Sequence record: SRR22947727_820
Direction: 5' to 3' (one strand)
DNA length: 20,000 nucleotides
Numbering within the stretch: position 1 is the stretch's first letter; each line of letters begins with the position of its first letter. The translations under genes and the position numbers were made by a program. The notes beneath the pieces are model-generated. The model saw only the letters and a program-made list of their open reading frames with translations. It ran no database searches and was not told the DNA's origin. This document shows positions 16,030 to 20,000 of this stretch, piece after piece.

Positions 16030-16677
16030 ATGGAAAAAGATTTAGGCGACTATAGAAAATCATATGATAAGCAAGCTTTGGAGGAGACTCAAATATCAGA
16101 CAATCCCATGCAACAGTTCCAGACTTGGTTCTATGAGGTGGAGGCTTCAGAAACTGTAGATGAGACCAATGCAATGAGTATTTCTTCCATAGGTTTAGAT
16201 GGTTTTCCTAAAACCCGGGTGGTGCTTTTAAAAAAGTATTACGAAGAGGGATTTATTTTCTACACCAATTATGATTCTGAAAAGGGCAGGGCTATTGCGG
16301 CCCATCCAGAAGTATGTTTGTCTTTTTTTTGGCCCAGTATGGAACGCCAAGTAATCATTAAGGGTCTTGCAGAACGCTTGCCTGGAGAAGTCTCAGACAA
16401 TTATTTTGACTCAAGGCCTTTGGGTTCCCGCCTAGGCGCTATGGTTTCTCCTCAAAGTAAGGTAATTGATTCAAGGGCGGTATTGGAAGACTCATTAAAG
16501 GCACTAGAGGCACAAGCCGTAAACGACCAAGTAAAAAGGCCTTCGCATTGGGGCGGTTATTTGGTGCGACCCAAAAGCATAGAGTTTTGGCAGGGAAGGC
16601 CCAATAGGCTTCACGATAGGATTAGGTATACTTTAGAGAAGGATTTCAACTGGACAGTGGAACGTTTGGCACCTTAA
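16030..16677 (+). CDS. pdxH: Pyridoxine/pyridoxamine 5'-phosphate oxidase
   Basis: PKTRVVLLK, FYTNYDSEKG, YFDSRP, HWGGY and EFWQGRPNRLHDR. Confidence 0.97.
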   Translation: MEKDLGDYRKSYDKQALEETQISDNPMQQFQTWFYEVEASETVDETNAMSISSIGLDGFPKTRVVLLKKYYEEGFIFYTNYDSEKGRAIAAHPEVCLSFFWPSMERQVIIKGLAERLPGEVSDNYFDSRPLGSRLGAMVSPQSKVIDSRAVLEDSLKALEAQAVNDQVKRPSHWGGYLVRPKSIEFWQGRPNRLHDRIRYTLEKDFNWTVERLAP

Positions 16678-16736
16678 TCACAAAAAAAATAATCACTTAC
16701 TTTCATTAATTTAACCCTATAATATATAAACTGTAG

Positions 16737-16744
16737 TACTTTTG
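16737..16744 (+). promoter_or_regulatory. -7 box (TACTTTTG) for ppk1
   Basis: Exact TAnnTTTG, 26 nt before ATG 16771. Confidence 0.55.
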
Positions 16745-16770
16745 TATTTTAGTTGTTTAAGGGTATTCAT

Positions 16771-18861
16771 ATGACAAAGAACCAATATATAAATAGGGAA
16801 ATTAGCTGGTTGCGATTTAACGAACGTGTTTTGCAGGAAAGTGCAGATCCACAAGTGCCTCTAATTGAAAGGTTCCGTTTTTTGGGTATTTTTTCAAACA
16901 ATTTAGATGAGTTTTTTAAGGTTCGTTATGCAACGGTTAAAAGGGTTGTAGACGCAGGTGCTAAGTTAAAAGGCGTTCTAGGTGATGAAAAGCCTAAAGC
17001 ACTCTTAGACGAGATTACTAAGATTGTAATAGCCCAACAAAAACAATCGTTAGAGATTTTAAAAAATATTGAGGAGGAGCTAGAGACAAAGAACATATTC
17101 TTGATCAACGAGAAGGAACTCAGCCAAGAGCAGAAGCTGTTTGTTGCAGATTATTTTAATCAGTATGTAAGCCCTGTACTCATGACCATTATCTTAAATG
17201 ATTTGGCAGACTTTCCAACTTTGAAAGATACTGCAGCCTACTTGGCTGTTAAGATGACTATGAATTCTGAGGATCAGAAGGTAAAGACTTTGGTTCCGCT
17301 GAGAAAAAGGAAAGACAATCGCTATGCGATTATAGAAATTCCCAAGAGTGTAGACCGCTTTGTGGTATTGCCAAATGTAGGGGAGAAGCAGTATATTATT
17401 ATGTTAGACGACATTATTCGCTTTAATTTAGATAGGGTGTTTAGTATGTTTTCTTATACCAAGATTTCTGCTCATATGATTAAAATCACAAGAGATGCAG
17501 AACTGGACATGGACAATGACCTTTCTAAGAGTTTTATTGAAAAAATCTATGAAAGTGTAGAGGAACGTAAAATAAGTGACCCAGTTCGTTTTGTGTACGA
17601 CATGAATATTGAAAAAGACACTTTGAAGTTCTTAAAGGATAAAATGAAGCTAGAAGATACGGATTCTGTGATTCCTGGTGGTAGATACCATAACAGACGG
17701 GATTATATGAGTTTTCCAAGTTTGGGCAGAACAGATTTATTGTATTCAAAAACGGCTCCGCTTCGTGTTAAAGGGGTTCCGTCAGAGGGAAGTTTATTAG
17801 ACCATATTGCAAAAAAAGATTTCTTACAATACACCCCATACCATACTTTCTCTTACATCACTAGATTCTTAAAGGAGGCGGCTCTAGATCCTAAAGTGAA
17901 AACCATTAAGATTACCGTTTATAGGTTGGCCAACAACTCTCAGATTGCTGCTTCACTCATTAATGCGGTCAAAAACGGCAAGCAAGTTACGGTACAAATT
18001 GAACTTCAAGCCAGGTTTGACGAACATGCTAATATTGAATATGCAGAGCAGTTACAAGCTGAGGGGGTAAGATTGATTTTTGGTGTCAGGGGCCTTAAAG
18101 TTCATTCAAAAATCTGTTTAATCGAAAGAGAGGAGGCCGGACTTTTAAAGCGTTATGGTTTTGTAAGTACAGGTAATTTTAACGAATCTACGGCTAGAAT
18201 ATATACCGATTACACCCTATTTACTGCCCATGATTTAATCTTAAAGGAGTTAGACAAAGTATTTGACTTTTTTGAAACCACCTATAAGATTCACAAATAC
18301 AAGCATTTAATAGTGTCACCGCATTATACTAAAAATGTTTTCAAGAAGCTTATTGACCAAGAGATTAAGAATGCCAAAGCGGGTAAAGAGGCTTCTATCA
18401 AAATAAAAATGAACAGTTTTACTTCCTATAAAATGGTAGATAAATTGTATGAAGCTTCTAATGCAGGGGTGAAAATTCAATTGATTATAAGGGGTATTTG
18501 TTGCCTGGTACCTGGAGTCCCTGGGATGAGTGAAAATATTGAAGTCATTAGTGTCATTGATAAGTTTTTAGAGCATACCAGGTTATTTGTTTTTAGCAAT
18601 GATGGTGATCCTAAGATTTACATATCTTCCGCAGATTGGATGACTAGAAACTTAGACTATAGGGTAGAAGTGGGCTGTCCAATTTATGACACTGATATTA
18701 AAAATGAACTTATAGATACCTTTAATATGGCTTGGCAAGACAACACCAAGTCCAGATGGCTCACAGACCAACAAGAAAGTCCCTACCGAAAATTAGCAGG
18801 AGCTATGCTGCGTTCTCAGTTTGCGATGTATGATTATTATAAAGAAAAATTAGAGTCTTAA
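16771..18861 (+). CDS. ppk1: Polyphosphate kinase 1
   Basis: NREISWLRFNERVL, NNLDEFFKVR, ELQARFDE, GLKVHSK (phospho-His), STGNFNE and SSADWMTRNLDYRVE. Start placed at ATG 16771. Confidence 0.97.
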   Translation: MTKNQYINREISWLRFNERVLQESADPQVPLIERFRFLGIFSNNLDEFFKVRYATVKRVVDAGAKLKGVLGDEKPKALLDEITKIVIAQQKQSLEILKNIEEELETKNIFLINEKELSQEQKLFVADYFNQYVSPVLMTIILNDLADFPTLKDTAAYLAVKMTMNSEDQKVKTLVPLRKRKDNRYAIIEIPKSVDRFVVLPNVGEKQYIIMLDDIIRFNLDRVFSMFSYTKISAHMIKITRDAELDMDNDLSKSFIEKIYESVEERKISDPVRFVYDMNIEKDTLKFLKDKMKLEDTDSVIPGGRYHNRRDYMSFPSLGRTDLLYSKTAPLRVKGVPSEGSLLDHIAKKDFLQYTPYHTFSYITRFLKEAALDPKVKTIKITVYRLANNSQIAASLINAVKNGKQVTVQIELQARFDEHANIEYAEQLQAEGVRLIFGVRGLKVHSKICLIEREEAGLLKRYGFVSTGNFNESTARIYTDYTLFTAHDLILKELDKVFDFFETTYKIHKYKHLIVSPHYTKNVFKKLIDQEIKNAKAGKEASIKIKMNSFTSYKMVDKLYEASNAGVKIQLIIRGICCLVPGVPGMSENIEVISVIDKFLEHTRLFVFSNDGDPKIYISSADWMTRNLDYRVEVGCPIYDTDIKNELIDTFNMAWQDNTKSRWLTDQQESPYRKLAGAMLRSQFAMYDYYKEKLES

Positions 18862-18880
18862 AGGTTTAATGCCAACGCTT

Positions 18881-19462
18881 TTAGCCGTGAATCAATTGTT
18901 GGTTGCCCAAGTCCTTCATGATTTGTGCTTCAAAAATCAATAGAGATTCCCATTTTTCGTCTACTTCTTTTCTGTCTCCATATTGTCTCGCAAATTTTAG
19001 AAACATGGTGTAATGACCTGCTTCACTGATCATGAGTTTTTTGTAGAATTCTCTGAGCTTTGTATCTTCAAGTTCTTCAGAGAGCAACCTAAAGCGTTCA
19101 CAGCTTCTTGCTTCAATGAGCGCCGCAATGAGTAATCTGTGTACTAGTTGAGTGGTTCTACTCCCACCTTTAGGAAAAAAGCTGAGAAGCGCAATGACAT
19201 AGCTGTCTTTACGATCCCTTCCCAAGGTTTGCCCTCTGGCTATAATAAGATCGTGCACCATTTTGAAATGGCCCATTTCTTCCCTTACCAGTGCAGTCAT
19301 TTCACTGACTAGTTCTGTGTATTCAGGAAAGCCAACAATTAGTGATATTGCCGTACTGGCTGCTTTTTGCTCGCAGAATGCATGGTCTGTTAAAATATCA
19401 TCAATGTTTTTTTCTACGATATTCACCCATCTAGGGTCTGTGGGTAATTTTAATCCAAGCAT
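18881..19462 (-). CDS. miaE: tRNA ms2i6A37 hydroxylase MiaE (ferritin-like di-iron)
   Basis: DHAFCEQKAA, EEMGHF, ALIEARSCERF and SEAGHY di-iron motifs. Confidence 0.92.
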   Translation of the reverse strand: MLGLKLPTDPRWVNIVEKNIDDILTDHAFCEQKAASTAISLIVGFPEYTELVSEMTALVREEMGHFKMVHDLIIARGQTLGRDRKDSYVIALLSFFPKGGSRTTQLVHRLLIAALIEARSCERFRLLSEELEDTKLREFYKKLMISEAGHYTMFLKFARQYGDRKEVDEKWESLLIFEAQIMKDLGNQQLIHG

Positions 19463-19463
19463 C

Positions 19464-20000
19464 TTATTGTAGGTCTAAGTCAAAACTTTGTCTAAGAACA
19501 TCTACCGCAGGGTTTTTGCTCCTAATTTTTTCGTATTTCTCTTCTGGTGTAAATGCGTATTTGGTGTCCATAGTTTCTAAAACGGACACCTCTAGGCTAA
19601 TACTGTGGTTGTTTAATTTGGATTTTAAATAATCTAAAACCCCCGATTGTGCTCTTTCTACCTCTTTTTTCATGGTGTCATTAGGTAATGTAATACCTAT
19701 GACAAAATTGTCCAAAAGTTTTGGTTGGTCTGCATTTAGATTGGAGGCAATTATTTTTTGTCCTTCTGCTTCTATTTTTTCTATGAAATCGGACCAATGC
19801 TTTTGTAGGATTTCTTCAGTAAAGGCATCTTCTATGATAGGACTGTCTACTTGAACTTTATTTTTCAAGGCATCTTCGTGTGCTTTCTTTGCTTTTAAAC
19901 TCGCAATAGACAAGCCAGAAACACCCTCTTTTCTTTCTAGATTAAGGCTGGGTTTAGTGAGGGGGGCAACGGAAACAGGCTCCGTAATGGTAGCAGGCTC
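19464..20000 (-). CDS. 3' part of a DNA polymerase III gamma/tau C-terminal-like ORF (partial)
   Basis: The frame stays open from 19913 to the window edge (EPATITEPVSVAPLTKPSLNLERKEGVSGLSIAS). A Pro/Thr-rich linker is followed by LDYLKSKLNN...YAFTPEEKY...KNPAVDVLRQSFDLDL, resembling Bacteroidota tau C-termini. The stop is 1 nt before the miaE ATG. Confidence 0.7.
   Translation of the reverse strand, partial: EPATITEPVSVAPLTKPSLNLERKEGVSGLSIASLKAKKAHEDALKNKVQVDSPIIEDAFTEEILQKHWSDFIEKIEAEGQKIIASNLNADQPKLLDNFVIGITLPNDTMKKEVERAQSGVLDYLKSKLNNHSISLEVSVLETMDTKYAFTPEEKYEKIRSKNPAVDVLRQSFDLDLQ

Noticed and set aside
1..20000. CRISPR arrays, IS or prophage genes, tRNA/rRNA, toxin-antitoxin or defence systems
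   Set aside because: No repeat-spacer arrays, transposase or phage ORFs, or RNA-gene signatures seen. Intergenic gaps are all under 300 nt, and the probable XerD is a housekeeping recombinase.

Overview
AT-rich, gene-dense chromosomal window from a Bacteroidota genome, most likely Flavobacteriaceae. This is inferred from gene order, protein sequences, TAnnTTTG -7 promoter boxes and A-rich starts mostly lacking Shine-Dalgarno sites. Content is mostly core housekeeping: probable xerD 5' end, aroQ, lpdA, two tandem msrB, a UMF1/Atg22-like MFS transporter, a four-gene ECF sigma / anti-sigma / beta-solenoid / GIN-domain operon divergent from lon, then cmk, rpsA, pyrR-pyrB, a small uncharacterised ORF coupled to rnz, pdxH, ppk1, miaE and the 3' part of a DnaX tau-like ORF. 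I see no mobile element, CRISPR array, tRNA/rRNA or defence system, and I cannot claim a clearly new system. The best leads are regulatory. (1) Two sigma54-like TGGCAC-N5-TTG(A/T) elements lie upstream of lon and of the msrB pair, with TGACA-N3-TG(T/A)C boxes flanking the lon start. (2) The uncharacterised ECF envelope-sensing operon has an A9 run that could produce a sigma/anti-sigma fusion. (3) rpsA has a structured leader. (4) A degenerate STAS-like ORF is coupled to RNase Z.
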